A stretch of 59,859 nucleotides of DNA, filler included. It is 4 parts of 4 records of this genome, joined end to end, with 100 filler letters (N's around TTAATTAATTAA, not from the genome) between each part and the next. Parts side by side here need not be neighbours in the genome. Positions count along the whole stretch, not along the records: positions 27,894 to 53,468 come from SRR31156797_766; positions 53,569 to 59,859 come from SRR31156797_772; 2 more parts are not named here. The stretch is one strand, 5' to 3'. The notes under the pieces were generated by a model. It was not told the origin of the DNA and made no database searches. It saw nothing but the letters and a program-made list of their open reading frames with translations. Position numbers and translations under genes: made by a program. Of this stretch, positions 42,473 to 54,671 are shown piece by piece; positions within the stretch are counted from its first letter, which is position 1, and every line of letters starts with the position of its first letter.

Positions 42473-43537
42473 TCATTTCTCAGTAATAGCGATAATGGCA
42501 TCTGCGACCACTTGGTCAGCATCTAACTTAGCGGCTTGTCGAGCCTTGATTGCCATATCTAATAATTGGCTGCGATCCATTTGCGCCATAGTGTCGGCTA
42601 GTTTATCAACCGTAAGCTCTGGTTGCTCAATCATTTTTGCCGCACCACATTCAACTAAATGATCAGCATTGAGCGCTTGCTGGCGATCTTTATGCATGAA
42701 AGGAATAAAAATCGCGGCCACACCAGCAGCAGAGACTTCTGATACGGTTAATGCCCCTGAACGACAAACTAATACATCAGCCCAGCCATAGGCTTGAGCG
42801 ACATCATCAATAAACTCGGTAACATTTACTTTTTCTACACCCGCCTTTTGATACGCTTGCTCAACCTCTTGCTGATTGCCTTTACCTGCCTGATGATGAA
42901 CTTCATAGCCATCACCCAATTTAGACAAAACGTTGGGCATCGTTTGATTGAGAATTCTAGCGCCTTGGCTGCCCCCCATAACAAGAACTCGGATCGCTTC
43001 ATTACGGTTCGCCAGACGTTGTTCCGGCTCCAGAAGTTCTACTACATCAGAACGCACAGGATTACCGACAATTGCCGCATTGGGAAATGCGCCTTTAAAA
43101 GCTTGGAATACTTTGGTTGCGATTTTAGATAGCCATTGATTCGTTAAACCAGCCACAGCATTCTGTTCATGCAGTACAACCGGAATACCTTGCATCCATG
43201 CCGCTACGCCACCGGGGCCACTCACGTAACCGCCCATGCCCAAAACTGCATCTGGCTTCCACGCTTTAATATGAGCTCTTGCTTGCATAATCGCATTAAA
43301 AATTTGGAATGGCGCTTTAATCAAACGACCGATACCCTGACCTCGCAAGCCTTTAACGCGAATAAAATCAATCTCGATACCATGCTGGGGAACCAAATCG
43401 GCTTCCATACGATCGGCCGTACCTAACCAACGGATCTCCCAACCTTGTTGTTGCAGTTTTTTAGCTACCGCTAGCCCAGGGAATACATGACCGCCAGTAC
43501 CACCAGCCATCACCATTAAACGCTTTTTATTCTTCAT
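42473..43537 (-). CDS. murG: Lipid II GlcNAc transferase
   Basis: [19 protein letters not shown]. Confidence 0.98.
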   Translation of the reverse strand: MKNKKRLMVMAGGTGGHVFPGLAVAKKLQQQGWEIRWLGTADRMEADLVPQHGIEIDFIRVKGLRGQGIGRLIKAPFQIFNAIMQARAHIKAWKPDAVLGMGGYVSGPGGVAAWMQGIPVVLHEQNAVAGLTNQWLSKIATKVFQAFKGAFPNAAIVGNPVRSDVVELLEPEQRLANRNEAIRVLVMGGSQGARILNQTMPNVLSKLGDGYEVHHQAGKGNQQEVEQAYQKAGVEKVNVTEFIDDVAQAYGWADVLVCRSGALTVSEVSAAGVAAIFIPFMHKDRQQALNADHLVECGAAKMIEQPELTVDKLADTMAQMDRSQLLDMAIKARQAAKLDADQVVADAIIAITEK

Positions 43538-44717
43538 TGATAATTTCTTCTTGCTGTTTGATACCCGACAATCGACATTCATGATCGATCCTAAGCAATA
43601 TGGAAACAGCCACTGACATGATAATTAAACTTGAACCACCGTAACTGATAAGAGGCAAAGTAAGGCCTTTCGTTGGCACCATACCCGCAGCTGCACCAAC
43701 GTTAACTAATGTCTGGAAAGCAAACCAGATGCCGATCCCCAGAGCAAGGTAGCCGCCAAACTGGTGATCGTGTTCAAATGCTTTTTTACCAATAAATGCC
43801 GCTTTAAGCACTAAGCTGAAAATCAGCATAAGCACTAAAACCACACCAATAAATCCTAACTCTTCACCCACGACGGCAAACACAAAGTCGGTATGCGCTT
43901 CCGGTAGATACTCTAACTTCTGTATCGAGTTCCCTAAGCCTTGACCAAACCATTCACCGCGACCGAATGCCATCAAAGACTGGGTTAACTGATAGCCACT
44001 ACCGAACGGATCTTCCCACGGGTCCAAAAAAGAAGTGACACGGCGCATACGGTACGGCTCTGCGGCAATAAGTCCAACGACAGCTAATATCCCTGCGACC
44101 ATTAACGCTAAAAATTGAGACAGTTTGGCTCCAGCCATAAATAGCATGCCGAACAGAGTGACCAGCATAACCACCACGGTACCTAAATCGGGTTGCGCCA
44201 GCAGCAATATTGCTAAAGTGAGAAACACCAGAATCGGTTTGATGAAGCCACCAAAGAACGTTTGCCGTACTTCATCATGCTTACGGACTAAATAACCCGA
44301 CATGAAAATGAACAGTGACAACTTGGCGACTTCCGCAGGCTGAAGGTTGAACAACCCTAAGGGTATCCAACGCGAAGCACCATTCACCGATTTACCTGCA
44401 ACAAGGACAATGACCAATAAAACAAAAGAGACCGCCAGCAAAATTGAGCTGTATTGAAACCAGCGTTGCGTCGGTATCTGCAAGACCACTGCAGAAGTCG
44501 CGATGGCTAACAACAAAAACAACGCGTGACGAAACATAAAGTGGAAAGGTTGATCGGTGAGTCTCGAACTGATCGGAAACGAAGCCGACGTCACCATCAC
44601 CAAGCCAATCAACATTAAACCTAATGAAATCCATACCACTTGACGATCAAACAATGCTTCAGGTGATGGAGTCTGAAGCCATTGTCGCATCTTACTTATC
44701 GGTCTAAATCGGCGCAA
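43527..44717 (-). CDS. ftsW: Peptidoglycan polymerase FtsW
   Basis: [30 protein letters not shown]. Confidence 0.98.
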   Translation of the reverse strand: MRRFRPISKMRQWLQTPSPEALFDRQVVWISLGLMLIGLVMVTSASFPISSRLTDQPFHFMFRHALFLLLAIATSAVVLQIPTQRWFQYSSILLAVSFVLLVIVLVAGKSVNGASRWIPLGLFNLQPAEVAKLSLFIFMSGYLVRKHDEVRQTFFGGFIKPILVFLTLAILLLAQPDLGTVVVMLVTLFGMLFMAGAKLSQFLALMVAGILAVVGLIAAEPYRMRRVTSFLDPWEDPFGSGYQLTQSLMAFGRGEWFGQGLGNSIQKLEYLPEAHTDFVFAVVGEELGFIGVVLVLMLIFSLVLKAAFIGKKAFEHDHQFGGYLALGIGIWFAFQTLVNVGAAAGMVPTKGLTLPLISYGGSSLIIMSVAVSILLRIDHECRLSGIKQQEEIINEE

Positions 44718-44740
44718 AACATTCCCTACTGGTGTATCGA

Positions 44741-46063
44741 TTATGCGTACTGCTTAGCGAGAGCTGCGAACATTTCGCCGCGATGCATAAAGTTCTTAAA
44801 CTGATCCATGCTGGCACAAGCGGGAGAAAGCAGCACCATGTCACCTTGAGTCAAATCCGTATGAATGGACTTAACGGCATCTTCCATGGTTATAAATCGC
44901 TGACTAGAGGGGTGTAACGGCATAAACTGATCGGCATCCGCGCCAAAACAACAAAGTTTAATCGGCAAGTCAGCAAGAACTGGTTTTAGCGGTGAAAAAT
45001 CAGCACCTTTGCCTAATCCACCTACCAGCAAATACAACTTACCTTGCAATGAAAGCCCCGAAAGCGCCGCTAACGTACTCGCAACATTGGTCGCTTTTGA
45101 GTCATTAACCCACTTAACGCCATTTTTATCTTCAACCACCTGACAACGATGCGTCAAACCGGTGTAAGACTTTAATGCTGCCAGCAATTGATCACTGTAT
45201 GAGATGTTGGCTGCATCGAGTAATGCCAGTACCGTGAGTACATTCGCCACGTTATGACGACCGACCAAGCTTAGTTTTTCTACCGGTAAAACCGCTTCAC
45301 CTTTGGCAAAAAACCATTCCTGACCATTTAACGTATCGGTATAAAAATCCGCTGGGTTATCCAGTCCGAAACTCACTGTATTTTCAGTCTTAGAATCTGG
45401 ATAGGTTTGACTGTCATCAGCGTTCACAACCAGTGTTTGCGCATGACTAAAAATACGCAATTTAGCCTGACGGTAAGATTCCATACCATCATAACGATCC
45501 ATATGATCTTCAGAAAGATTCAAAAATGTCGATGCGATAGTCGCCAGACTGGACGTTGTTTCCAACTGAAAACTGGACAACTCTAAAACAAACAAATCAG
45601 CGTCTTCAGACAACAAATCCAAAGCAGGAACACCAATATTACCGCCAATAGCCGTTTTTACTCCTGCTGCATTGCCTAAAACACCCATCAGGTCTGTAAC
45701 GGTACTTTTTCCGTTTGAGCCAGTAATAGCAACAACCGGCTTTTGAACATGCCAAGCAAACAACTCAATATCACCCACAACAGGAATGTTGGCCCCCATC
45801 GCTTGCTGAATTTCTGGCGTTGCTAAAGCAATCCCTGGGTTTGCCACAATAAGATCAGCATTCCGTAGCCATTCCAGATTCCAACCACCGCTATGCAGTA
45901 CGACAGTAGAAGGCAAGTTCTCTTTACTCGGCGGATTTTCACGAGTATCAATCACTTTCACCTCAATCTGAGGATGATATTTCTGAAGATAATTAACGAC
46001 AGAGAGCCCGGTAATACCGAGCCCTACGACCACAACACGCTCAATGCCTTGCCAACGGTCCAT
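44741..46063 (-). CDS. murD: UDP-MurNAc-L-Ala-D-glutamate ligase
   Basis: [22 protein letters not shown]. Confidence 0.98.
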   Translation of the reverse strand: MDRWQGIERVVVVGLGITGLSVVNYLQKYHPQIEVKVIDTRENPPSKENLPSTVVLHSGGWNLEWLRNADLIVANPGIALATPEIQQAMGANIPVVGDIELFAWHVQKPVVAITGSNGKSTVTDLMGVLGNAAGVKTAIGGNIGVPALDLLSEDADLFVLELSSFQLETTSSLATIASTFLNLSEDHMDRYDGMESYRQAKLRIFSHAQTLVVNADDSQTYPDSKTENTVSFGLDNPADFYTDTLNGQEWFFAKGEAVLPVEKLSLVGRHNVANVLTVLALLDAANISYSDQLLAALKSYTGLTHRCQVVEDKNGVKWVNDSKATNVASTLAALSGLSLQGKLYLLVGGLGKGADFSPLKPVLADLPIKLCCFGADADQFMPLHPSSQRFITMEDAVKSIHTDLTQGDMVLLSPACASMDQFKNFMHRGEMFAALAKQYA

Positions 46064-46089
46064 TTTTATTCCAAATCCAATATAAAAAG

Positions 46090-47172
46090 TTAACGTACTT
46101 TTAGCGTTGCTAAACCAATCAATACCAATACGATTGAGATAATCCAGAAGCGCACAATAACGCGAGGCTCTGGCCAGCCTTTGAGCTCATAGTGGTGATG
46201 GATTGGGGCCATACGGAAAATACGCTGCCCACGCAATTTGTATGAGCCAACCTGCAGAATAACAGAGATGGTTTCCATAACGAAAACACCGCCCATAATC
46301 ACCAGCACAAACTCCTGACGAACCAATACCGCAATTGTGCCCAATGCACCGCCTAACGCCAGCGAGCCAACATCGCCCATAAATACTTGGGCAGGGTAAG
46401 TGTTAAACCATAAGAAACCTAACCCCGCACCGACAATCGCGGTACAAACCACCACCAGCTCAGAGGTATGTGGAATATACGGAATATGTAGATAACTAGC
46501 GAAGTTAACGTTACCCGTCGCCCAGGCAATCACACCAAAACCCGCAGAAACGAGCACAGTTGGCATAATCGCAAGACCGTCCAGGCCATCAGTCAGGTTA
46601 ACGGCATTACTGGTACCGACAATAACAAAGTAGGTCAGAACAATGTACAACATACCCAACTGCGGCATGATGTCTTTGAAGAATGGCACAACCAACTGGG
46701 TTGCAGCGGTATCTTTACCATGTGCATAAAGTGCAAATGCGACCACGAGAGCAATCGCTGATTGCCAGAAGTATTTCCAGCGAGCAATTAACCCGTCAGT
46801 GTTCTTATGTACCACTTTACGATAGTCATCAACAAAACCCACAGCACCATAGCCACCGAGTACCGCAAGCACTGCCCATACGTAAGGGTTAGTCAGATCT
46901 GCCCATAGTAAAACGGTGATAAAAATCGAGGCAAGGATCATGACCCCGCCCATGGTTGGGGTACCTCGTTTACTAAAGTGAGATTCAGGCCCGTCGTTTC
47001 GAACCACCTGACCAATTTGTAGCATCTGAAGACGTCGAATGAGGTGTGGCCCCATCCAAAGAGAGAGCCCTAAAGCGGTCAAGATGCTGACGATGGCTCT
47101 AAATGACAAATATTCAAATAGACGAAAAAAAGAAAAATATGGCTGGAGCAACTCCGCGAGCCAAATAATCAT
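46090..47172 (-). CDS. mraY: Phospho-MurNAc-pentapeptide transferase
   Basis: [23 protein letters not shown]. Confidence 0.99.
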   Translation of the reverse strand: MIIWLAELLQPYFSFFRLFEYLSFRAIVSILTALGLSLWMGPHLIRRLQMLQIGQVVRNDGPESHFSKRGTPTMGGVMILASIFITVLLWADLTNPYVWAVLAVLGGYGAVGFVDDYRKVVHKNTDGLIARWKYFWQSAIALVVAFALYAHGKDTAATQLVVPFFKDIMPQLGMLYIVLTYFVIVGTSNAVNLTDGLDGLAIMPTVLVSAGFGVIAWATGNVNFASYLHIPYIPHTSELVVVCTAIVGAGLGFLWFNTYPAQVFMGDVGSLALGGALGTIAVLVRQEFVLVIMGGVFVMETISVILQVGSYKLRGQRIFRMAPIHHHYELKGWPEPRVIVRFWIISIVLVLIGLATLKVR

Positions 47173-48530
47173 GAGAACTTCTCCTTTAGAGCAGCAGCAA
47201 TTTTACCCATACCTGCACTATTAGCCCCTTTGACTAACAGCACGTGCGAGCAATCCTGTTGTTGTTCTAGTTTCTGCTCAATAAAACTAATCATGTCTTG
47301 ATGGCTTTCAAAATGATGGCCATGACAAGCATCGCTGATCACTTTTGCGTCATCACCATAGGTCAAGACAAATTCAAATTCGAATGGTGCAGCATGTTCA
47401 CCGACTTGTTGGTGAAGTGCAAGACTTTCATTTCCTAACTCAGCCATATTGCCGAAAATTAACCATCGACTGTCTGAAAAACTGCCTAACAAATCAATTG
47501 CCGCTTTCATTGCTGGCACGCTGGCATTATAACTATCATCAATAAGAGTGACAGAGTCAGTCAAAGGTTCAACATCAACGCGCCCTTTTACTTTAGGCAG
47601 GTGAGCTAAACCGAACTGGATATCCGCTAAACTCGCCCCCATCTCAACAGCAAGTGCAGCCGAGGCAAGCGCATTCGCCACATTATGCTGGCCAACAATA
47701 TCAAGGCTAACATTAACCTCTCCGATGGGAGTCACCATTGTAAAACTGGCGTTGCCTGAGTGACTAAGCTTGATATTACGAGCATAGAAGTCTGCTTTTG
47801 AATTTGTGACCGAAAAGGTAATGACTTTTTTATCAGAGAGAACTGCATTCCATAATGCTTCGCCATTACTATCTAAATTCACAATAGCGGAAGAGCCTGT
47901 GGCTAACCCTTGATAAATTTCACCTTTGGCTTTTTTGACACCTTCAATTGAGCCAAAGCCCTCTAAGTGTGCTGCCGCTACGTTATTGACTAAAGCGACA
48001 TTTGGCTTAACCAGCTCCGTTGTATAAGCGATTTCACCGATGTGGTTAGCTCCAAGCTCAATAACCGCGTAATCGTCTTGCGGTGTCGAACGAAGCAAAG
48101 TCAGTGGAACACCAATGTCATTATTAAAGTTACCCGCCGTAAAAAGGACCTTACCTTTGGCAGATAAAATTGTCGCCACCATCTCTTTAACGGTAGTTTT
48201 ACCGCAACTACCCGTAATCGCCAGGGTTGGAGTATGACACTGTTGGTGCACCCAGCTAGCAAGTTGACCGAGCGAAAGTTTACTATTTTTAACAATGAGC
48301 TGTGGTACATCGACATCCAACTCTCGCTCAACTAACAGGGCTTTAGCCCCATTGTCTACCGCTTGCTGTGCAAAATTATGGGCATCAAAACGTTCGCCAA
48401 CTAATGCGATAAACAATGCGTTTTCCGCCACCTGACGAGTATCCGTCGTGACCGATTCAATATCGCAACACTCACCGACCAAGCGAGCATCGAGCACTTC
48501 ACTTAACTGTGATAGGCTGGTTTTTATCAT
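47169..48530 (-). CDS. murF: UDP-MurNAc-tripeptide-D-Ala-D-Ala ligase
   Basis: [21 protein letters not shown]. Confidence 0.98.
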   Translation of the reverse strand: MIKTSLSQLSEVLDARLVGECCDIESVTTDTRQVAENALFIALVGERFDAHNFAQQAVDNGAKALLVERELDVDVPQLIVKNSKLSLGQLASWVHQQCHTPTLAITGSCGKTTVKEMVATILSAKGKVLFTAGNFNNDIGVPLTLLRSTPQDDYAVIELGANHIGEIAYTTELVKPNVALVNNVAAAHLEGFGSIEGVKKAKGEIYQGLATGSSAIVNLDSNGEALWNAVLSDKKVITFSVTNSKADFYARNIKLSHSGNASFTMVTPIGEVNVSLDIVGQHNVANALASAALAVEMGASLADIQFGLAHLPKVKGRVDVEPLTDSVTLIDDSYNASVPAMKAAIDLLGSFSDSRWLIFGNMAELGNESLALHQQVGEHAAPFEFEFVLTYGDDAKVISDACHGHHFESHQDMISFIEQKLEQQQDCSHVLLVKGANSAGMGKIAAALKEKFS

Positions 48531-50026
48531 AACGTTAACCCCAACAGAGCTTGAGCGGATTCTCGGTCAGAATAATGAACCGTTTCGGTTGCCATCACCT
48601 GATAGTCTTCATGTCCTTTGCCCGCAAGCAAAATAATATCTTCTGAGCTTGCGTTGTTGATCGCATGTTGAGCCGCGAGATAACGACTGTGTTCCACTAT
48701 CGCATCATCCGGTCTATTCATTCCCACCAGCATATCTTTCACAATTTCTGCTGGGTTTTCACTGCGTGGATTGTCGTCAGTTAAGATGACGTGATCTGCG
48801 AACTTTTCAGCAATCGATGCCATCATTGGGCGCTTGCCTTTATCACGATCACCACCGCAACCTACGATTGCCCATAATTTTCCGTTGCAGTGTACCCGCA
48901 ATGCTAATAGTGCTTTTTCTAATGCGTCAGGCGTGTGTGCGTAATCCACCACGACTTTTGCCTTATTCGCCACTTGAAAGAGCTCCATTCGCCCTAACAC
49001 AGGCTTGAGTTTTGGAGCCGTGTTAACTAACAATTCACGGTCAAAACCTAAGCTCAACAGCGCTGCGAATGCCTGCATGACATTAGAAGCATTAAACTCA
49101 CCAATTAATGGAACATGCAGTTCGCCTTGCCCCCAATGGCCATCAAAAGTCAGTGTAATACCAGTTTCAGCGTACTTAACATCAGAGGCCCACAAAGCTC
49201 TATCGGTTTCCGGTACACACTTTAATGAAACACCAATCGCATGAGGTAACTTAACACTCCACGCTTTGCCGACTTCATCATCAATATTGATAATGGCGTT
49301 CTCGCATTGGTGCTCAGTGAAGAGAGAAAACTTGGCTTTAGCGTACTCTTCCATTGTGCCGTGATAATCCAGATGATCACGACTCAAGTTGGTGAACACA
49401 CCAACGTCAAACGACAGCTTCTTAACTCGCCCTTGAACCAAACCGTGGGAAGAAACTTCTAATGCGGTGTATGCCGCCTCTTGAACCCCGAGTTGATGCA
49501 ACTGTGCCTGAATATCAATCGCGCTGCCTGTGGTATTGGCGGCTGGACGTAAATCATCGAGAAAACCATTACCCGTTGTTCCCATTACCGCCGCTTTTTC
49601 ACCGAGTAAGCCGATCCATTGCGCGATAAGTTGAGTAATCGTTGTTTTACCGTTGGTGCCTGTTACCGCAATCAAACGGCTCTTGTGTTCGCCATAAAGA
49701 CGGCCCGCCAATTCTGAAAGATGAGAGTTTAACTCTGCGACATAAATAACCGGACAATCACCTTGCCATTCAATATGCCCATGAGGATAAGCTTCACAAG
49801 CTTGAGCGATCACGGCATTCACACCTTGCTCTACTGCTTTGGTGATGTATTTTCTGCCATCAACTGCATGGCCGATAATCGCAACGAAAGTATCACCTGT
49901 GGTGAGCTTTCGGCTATCCAGTTCCAAATGGGTCACGGGTATATCATTCCACTTCGCGTCATTCACCGCTAACCATGGAGCAATCAGTTCAGATAAAGCC
50001 TTACTAGTGTTCATATTGGTTCTCAC
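48527..50026 (-). CDS. murE: UDP-MurNAc-dipeptide-DAP ligase
   Basis: [24 protein letters not shown]. Confidence 0.98.
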   Translation of the reverse strand: MRTNMNTSKALSELIAPWLAVNDAKWNDIPVTHLELDSRKLTTGDTFVAIIGHAVDGRKYITKAVEQGVNAVIAQACEAYPHGHIEWQGDCPVIYVAELNSHLSELAGRLYGEHKSRLIAVTGTNGKTTITQLIAQWIGLLGEKAAVMGTTGNGFLDDLRPAANTTGSAIDIQAQLHQLGVQEAAYTALEVSSHGLVQGRVKKLSFDVGVFTNLSRDHLDYHGTMEEYAKAKFSLFTEHQCENAIINIDDEVGKAWSVKLPHAIGVSLKCVPETDRALWASDVKYAETGITLTFDGHWGQGELHVPLIGEFNASNVMQAFAALLSLGFDRELLVNTAPKLKPVLGRMELFQVANKAKVVVDYAHTPDALEKALLALRVHCNGKLWAIVGCGGDRDKGKRPMMASIAEKFADHVILTDDNPRSENPAEIVKDMLVGMNRPDDAIVEHSRYLAAQHAINNASSEDIILLAGKGHEDYQVMATETVHYSDRESAQALLGLTL

Positions 50027-50034
50027 ACTATTTG

Positions 50035-51792
50035 TTATTCTTTAAATCGGTTTTCATCAGGTACTATATTGAGAATTTGCAGCGCCCCTTTCATGATCTC
50101 AGAGAAAACAGGGCCAGCCACCGCACCACCGTAATAGGAGTCGCCTTGAGGCTCGTTGACCATGACAACTAATGAAATTCTTGGGTCACTTACTGGAGCA
50201 ACACCGGCGGTATAAGCAAAATACTCATCACTATAGCCACCCGCAATCGCTTTACGGGATGTGCCTGACTTGGCTGCAATACGATAACCGGGCACTGCTG
50301 CTTTGGTCGCTGTACCACCAGGCTGAGTGACCGTTTCTAACATCTCAAGTACTTGCTTAGCGTATTTTACATCGACAACTTGATGAGTCAGATCATGCTG
50401 ATTGTTTTCTACAATATGAATCGGTTGGTAAACGCCAAGATTTCCCAGTGTGGCATAAGCATGGGCCAGTTGAATCGGAGTAATAGATAAACCATAGCCA
50501 AAAGCTAATGTGGCAATCTCAAACTGAGACCAACGGCTACGACTCGGAAAAATGCCCGATGTCTCTCCGACTAAATTCAGCCCCGACATTTCGCCTAAGC
50601 CAACAGAACTGTACATGCCTAACATCGCCTCAAGTGGCATATCCAACGCCAGCTTGGTGACACCCACGTTACTCGATTTTTTCAAAATCATCTGGAGGTT
50701 AGCTTTACCCACTTTTGAGGTATCGCGAACGCGACTGCCACCAATACGTAACACGCCATCACCGGTATCAATGATGGTATTTTCATCCGCAATACCATTG
50801 GCTAAAGCCGCTAAAACCACAAATGGTTTTACTGTTGAACCGGGCTCAAATGCGTCGGTAATCACCCGGTTACGCATTTTAAAACTTTGCCAGTCACTGC
50901 GATTGTTTGGGTTATAGGACGGAGCGTTAACCATCGCTAACACGGCACCGGTTTTGACATCTAACATAACAGCAGAAGCGGAAGTCGCACGGTAATCAGC
51001 CATGGCCTGTTTAACTGCGCGGAAAGCTATCGCCTGCAAACGCTGGTCAATAGTAAGTTTTAAAGGTTTACCTTCTTCGCTCTCTTCCAGAGAAATGTTT
51101 TCGACCACACGTCCATAGCGATCTTTACGAATGATACTTTTGCCCGACTCACCCGTCAGCCATTTATCATAACTGCGCTCAGCCCCTTCTAAACCATGAC
51201 CGTCAATACCGGTCACACCAATTAAGTGAGCACTAACTTCACCCGCTGGATAGTAACGTCGGGATTCCGCTTTTAGCCCAACACCATTGAGTTTGAGTTC
51301 GCGAATGTACTTCGCCATGGCAGGGCTAACTTGACGCTGCAAATAGATAAAACGACGTGAGCGGTTATCAGAAATCTTCTTCATCATCGCATCACGATTC
51401 AAACCAAGTACGTCAGCCAATGCGTGCCAACGGTCTTTCTCTTGCAAACCGCCGTTTTTGAAGATGGCTACGGGATCGGCCCATACTGCTTCAACAGGTA
51501 CACTCACAGCCAGAGCTTCACCATTGCGGTCTGAGATAATACCTCGAGCAGAACGTAGCTCTTTAGCCCGAATAGAGCGCATATCACCTTGGCGAATCAG
51601 ATTATCGGGTTCTACCACCTGAATATAGGCAGCCCGGCCTACTAACGCACCCAATGCGACAAGAATAAAAAAGATGAGGAGATAAAAACGCCAGCGAATG
51701 AAAATTGGCGCGGGAGTCGTTTCAGCTTTGGAGGCTGTTTTGGGCGTCACTTTTGAGGTTTTTGATTTCGATTGAACAGGCTTTTTCTTCAT
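50035..51792 (-). CDS. ftsI: Penicillin-binding protein 3
   Basis: STVK, SSN and KSG transpeptidase motifs. Confidence 0.98.
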   Translation of the reverse strand: MKKKPVQSKSKTSKVTPKTASKAETTPAPIFIRWRFYLLIFFILVALGALVGRAAYIQVVEPDNLIRQGDMRSIRAKELRSARGIISDRNGEALAVSVPVEAVWADPVAIFKNGGLQEKDRWHALADVLGLNRDAMMKKISDNRSRRFIYLQRQVSPAMAKYIRELKLNGVGLKAESRRYYPAGEVSAHLIGVTGIDGHGLEGAERSYDKWLTGESGKSIIRKDRYGRVVENISLEESEEGKPLKLTIDQRLQAIAFRAVKQAMADYRATSASAVMLDVKTGAVLAMVNAPSYNPNNRSDWQSFKMRNRVITDAFEPGSTVKPFVVLAALANGIADENTIIDTGDGVLRIGGSRVRDTSKVGKANLQMILKKSSNVGVTKLALDMPLEAMLGMYSSVGLGEMSGLNLVGETSGIFPSRSRWSQFEIATLAFGYGLSITPIQLAHAYATLGNLGVYQPIHIVENNQHDLTHQVVDVKYAKQVLEMLETVTQPGGTATKAAVPGYRIAAKSGTSRKAIAGGYSDEYFAYTAGVAPVSDPRISLVVMVNEPQGDSYYGGAVAGPVFSEIMKGALQILNIVPDENRFKE

Positions 51793-52106
51793 TTGAGATT
51801 AACCACAACTTCCTTGTCCGCATCTGGACGTTTCATTTCCAGATCCTTCTTAGCCAGCTCTTGTACACGGCTATGCTCAGCCAACGCCGTTTCTTCTAGA
51901 ATTAAATTACGCCACTCGTTATCTAGCCTATCTCGCTCCATAAACGCCAAATCTTTCTCTGAAATTGCCTGACGAGTATGATGAGTGGTAAACACCACTC
52001 CCATTGCGGTAGCAAAAATTAAAATCAACAAGACGAGAGGAACTCGACCTACAGTAAAGAGATCGAGAACAATCAACTTGGCAAGATTCGGTTTAGGCTG
52101 AGACAT
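51789..52106 (-). CDS. ftsL: Cell division protein FtsL
   Basis: TM helix plus EWRNLILEE..LAEHSRV. Confidence 0.96.
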   Translation of the reverse strand: MSQPKPNLAKLIVLDLFTVGRVPLVLLILIFATAMGVVFTTHHTRQAISEKDLAFMERDRLDNEWRNLILEETALAEHSRVQELAKKDLEMKRPDADKEVVVNLK

Positions 52107-52114
52107 AACGTTAA

Positions 52115-53065
52115 TTAGAGTTTTTCGGCAATACGCAATACTGAGCTTCTTGAACGAGGGTTCATTTCCACTTCTTGTTGTGAAGGCTTAATCGCTTTAC
52201 CCACGGCTTTCAAGTTCGCGCTGCCTAATGCTTTAATTTGATCTTGAGTCAGAGGAATGCCATGAGGCACATCAGGACCTTTGCTCTCTTTACGAATAAA
52301 ACGCTTCGCCATGCGATCTTCTAATGAGTGGAAGCTGATCACGGATAGGCGACCTTCCGGAGCTAAAATCGATGCTGCACCTTTGAGTGCCGTATCAATC
52401 TCTTCTAACTCACTATTGATATAAATACGAAACGCTTGAAAAGAGCGAGTCGCTGGGTGCTTTTTCTCTTTGAAGCTTTTCGGCGCTGCATCAGAGATTA
52501 ACTTAGCCAGTTGGCTAGTGCGAGTGAGAGGCTCGTTTTCTTCATTTTCACGATAAGCGACAATCGCTTTAGCAATGCGACGCGCGTGTTTATCTTCACC
52601 AAACTCACGAATCACCCAGGTAATGTCATCAAGATCCGCTTCTAATAGCCATTGTGATACAGGGATACCCGATGTTGGGTCCATACGCATATCTAGCGGG
52701 CCATCTTTCATAAAGCTGAAACCGCGCTCTGCATCATCCAGTTGAGGAGATGACACACCTAAATCAAATAGAACGCCATCCACTTTTCCGACTAAATCAT
52801 AACGCTCAGCATACTCAGCAATACCAGAGAAAGGGCCATGAACAATAGTAAAGCGAGGGTCATCAATTTTTTGCGCTTCAGCGATTGCTTGTGGGTCACG
52901 GTCGATACTGTAAAGACGACCATTTTCACCCAGTTGAGACAATATCGTACGGCTGTGACCACCACGACCGAAGGTTCCATCAATATAAATACCATCAGGC
53001 TTAATCGCTAAGCCTTCGATAGATTCATGAAGAAGTACAGAAATATGTTGGAAAGATTCAGTCAT
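52115..53065 (-). CDS. rsmH: 16S rRNA m4C1402 methyltransferase
   Basis: [32 protein letters not shown]. Confidence 0.99.
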   Translation of the reverse strand: MTESFQHISVLLHESIEGLAIKPDGIYIDGTFGRGGHSRTILSQLGENGRLYSIDRDPQAIAEAQKIDDPRFTIVHGPFSGIAEYAERYDLVGKVDGVLFDLGVSSPQLDDAERGFSFMKDGPLDMRMDPTSGIPVSQWLLEADLDDITWVIREFGEDKHARRIAKAIVAYRENEENEPLTRTSQLAKLISDAAPKSFKEKKHPATRSFQAFRIYINSELEEIDTALKGAASILAPEGRLSVISFHSLEDRMAKRFIRKESKGPDVPHGIPLTQDQIKALGSANLKAVGKAIKPSQQEVEMNPRSRSSVLRIAEKL

Positions 53066-53209
53066 AAGGTTCTCATTTTGCGGGTCAGCCCGTACATAAT
53101 CATTCTGTAGTGTACCGAATTCTTACACTACTGCTACCCATAAGCACTTATAGGGCGTGACATTGCACTAAGTTTAATGGTTTTACTATCAGCTAAGTCA
53201 ATAAAAAGC

Positions 53210-53244
53210 AAAAAACCCATCATAACTAAGTTGTTATGATGGGT
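53210..53244 (-). terminator. rnpB terminator
   Basis: ACCCATCATAAC/GTTATGATGGGT stem with a U-tract on the minus strand. Confidence 0.85.
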
Positions 53245-53252
53245 CTAAGAAT

Positions 53253-53468
53253 AGGTGGAGTCGACGTATAAGCCGGGTTCTGTTCCGCTTGCGCGGCAGT
53301 AGCCATTCGTCTAGGCCAGCAATCGCTCACTGGCTCAAGCAACCTACCCGCCTCCTTACGCGAGCAACGCAATGTGGAGGCCTATTTGGTCTTGCTCCGG
53401 GTGGAGTTTACCTTGCTACGAAACTGTTGCCAGTCGCACGGTGCGCTCTTACCGCACCCTTTCACCCT
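53253..53468 (-). ncRNA. rnpB: RNase P RNA (class A), 3' part; 5' end cut by contig end
   Basis: Minus strand AGGGTGAAAGGGTGCGGTAAGAGCGCACC...GGTAAACTCCACCCGGAGCAAG...ACAGAACCCGGCTTAT...CACCT. Confidence 0.97.
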
Positions 53469-53568
53469 NNNNNNNNNNNNNNNNNNNNNNNNNNNNNNNN
53501 NNNNNNNNNNNNTTAATTAATTAANNNNNNNNNNNNNNNNNNNNNNNNNNNNNNNNNNNNNNNNNNNN
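53469..53568. other. Artificial contig-joining spacer
   Basis: N-run, TTAATTAATTAA, N-run. Confidence 0.98.
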
Positions 53569-54337
53569 GGAGCTGGTCTTGTTGACATGCTGGCCCCCCG
53601 CGCCGGATGCCCTGTAGGTATCCACGCGTATATCGTCGGGCTTGATATCCACCTCGATGCTGTCGTCGATCACCGGGGACACATAGACCGAGGCGAAGGA
53701 GGTATGTCTTCTCGCGTTGGAATCAAAGGGGGAAATACGCACGAGTCTGTGGATACCTCCCTCTCCCTTGAGATAGCCGCAAGCATAGTCTCCGTCCACC
53801 TGAAAAGAGATGGACTTGATACCGCCTTCTGCCTCCACCGTATCCATTACGGTGATCTTGAAGTCCTTGCGCTCTATCCAGCGGCTGTACATCCTGTAGA
53901 GCATACTGGTCCAGTCGCATGCCTCCGTACCGCCCGCTCCCGAATGGATTGTGATATAGGCGGAAAGGACATCCGTCTCTTCGCTGAGCAGTTCGAGGGA
54001 GTTGAGTCTGGCATAGGCGGCCGAGATATTCTCGAGCTGCTCTGCGATTTCCTGTTCGACCGACTCGTCCCCTTCCTCGCTGGCCAGCTCGAAAAGGGCT
54101 TTCACATCCTCAAGGTCCTGTACAAGGTTCTCCCATGGCTCAAACTTGTTTTTCAGCCTTTTCAGCTGGGCGAGTTTTTTTTCCGCCTTTTCGCGGTCGT
54201 TCCAGAAGTCGGGATCCCCCGATTCCTTTTCCAACTCAACGGCCTGTCTTTTCAGATCAGCCGTGTCAAAGTCGCCTCCAGGAATCAAGGATCTCCCCGT
54301 CAAGGGATTTTAAGGTCGTGGAAATATCACTGAGCAT
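53569..54337 (-). CDS. prfB: Peptide chain release factor 2 with programmed +1 frameshift (3'-truncated)
   Basis: ATG 54337 reads MLSDIS...WRRL, then CTT TGA C; the second frame has GAGGTEACDW, SPF and GAGGQHVNK. Confidence 0.96.
54265..54279 (-). other. prfB +1 frameshift site
   Basis: GGAGG CGA CTT TGA C: internal Shine-Dalgarno plus slippery CTT-TGA. Confidence 0.95.
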
Positions 54338-54626
54338 TTTTGCCTCCGCCGTTTTTTTCTTTGAGTACGTTTCGTCTCCAGCGCTTTTCCGTTAAGGAGG
54401 TAATCACCAATGTACCTTCGATCGGGTATTGATAGATGCGGATGGAATCGTAAAAATCCGTTGCGCGGTCAATATCAAGTTTCAGTCTTGAAAGGTTGTT
54501 GTCATTGATCGACAGAGATTCGTAGGTATTGTTCTGAACCTGTTTAAATCCGTAACGGAACAGCAGGTTCTGCACGATCTTTTGACTGTCTTCATTACCA
54601 AGATCAACAACGATGGAAACGAACAT
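54327..54626 (-). CDS. Orphan Cas2/VapD-like small protein
   Basis: MFVSIVVDL...YGFKQVQNNTYES...DSIRIYQ matches the Cas2 pattern (Asp after strand 1, G..VQ.SV.E, DSIRIY). Confidence 0.7.
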   Translation of the reverse strand: MFVSIVVDLGNEDSQKIVQNLLFRYGFKQVQNNTYESLSINDNNLSRLKLDIDRATDFYDSIRIYQYPIEGTLVITSLTEKRWRRNVLKEKNGGGKNAQ

Positions 54627-54671
54627 GAATACACTCTATTGGCGTCAGGGCTTGCTGTCAATAGCTCTGGC

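Noticed and set aside
54265-54303. Apparent prfB pseudogene or odd TTG start in the ORF track
   Set aside because: Explained by the well-known programmed +1 frameshift.
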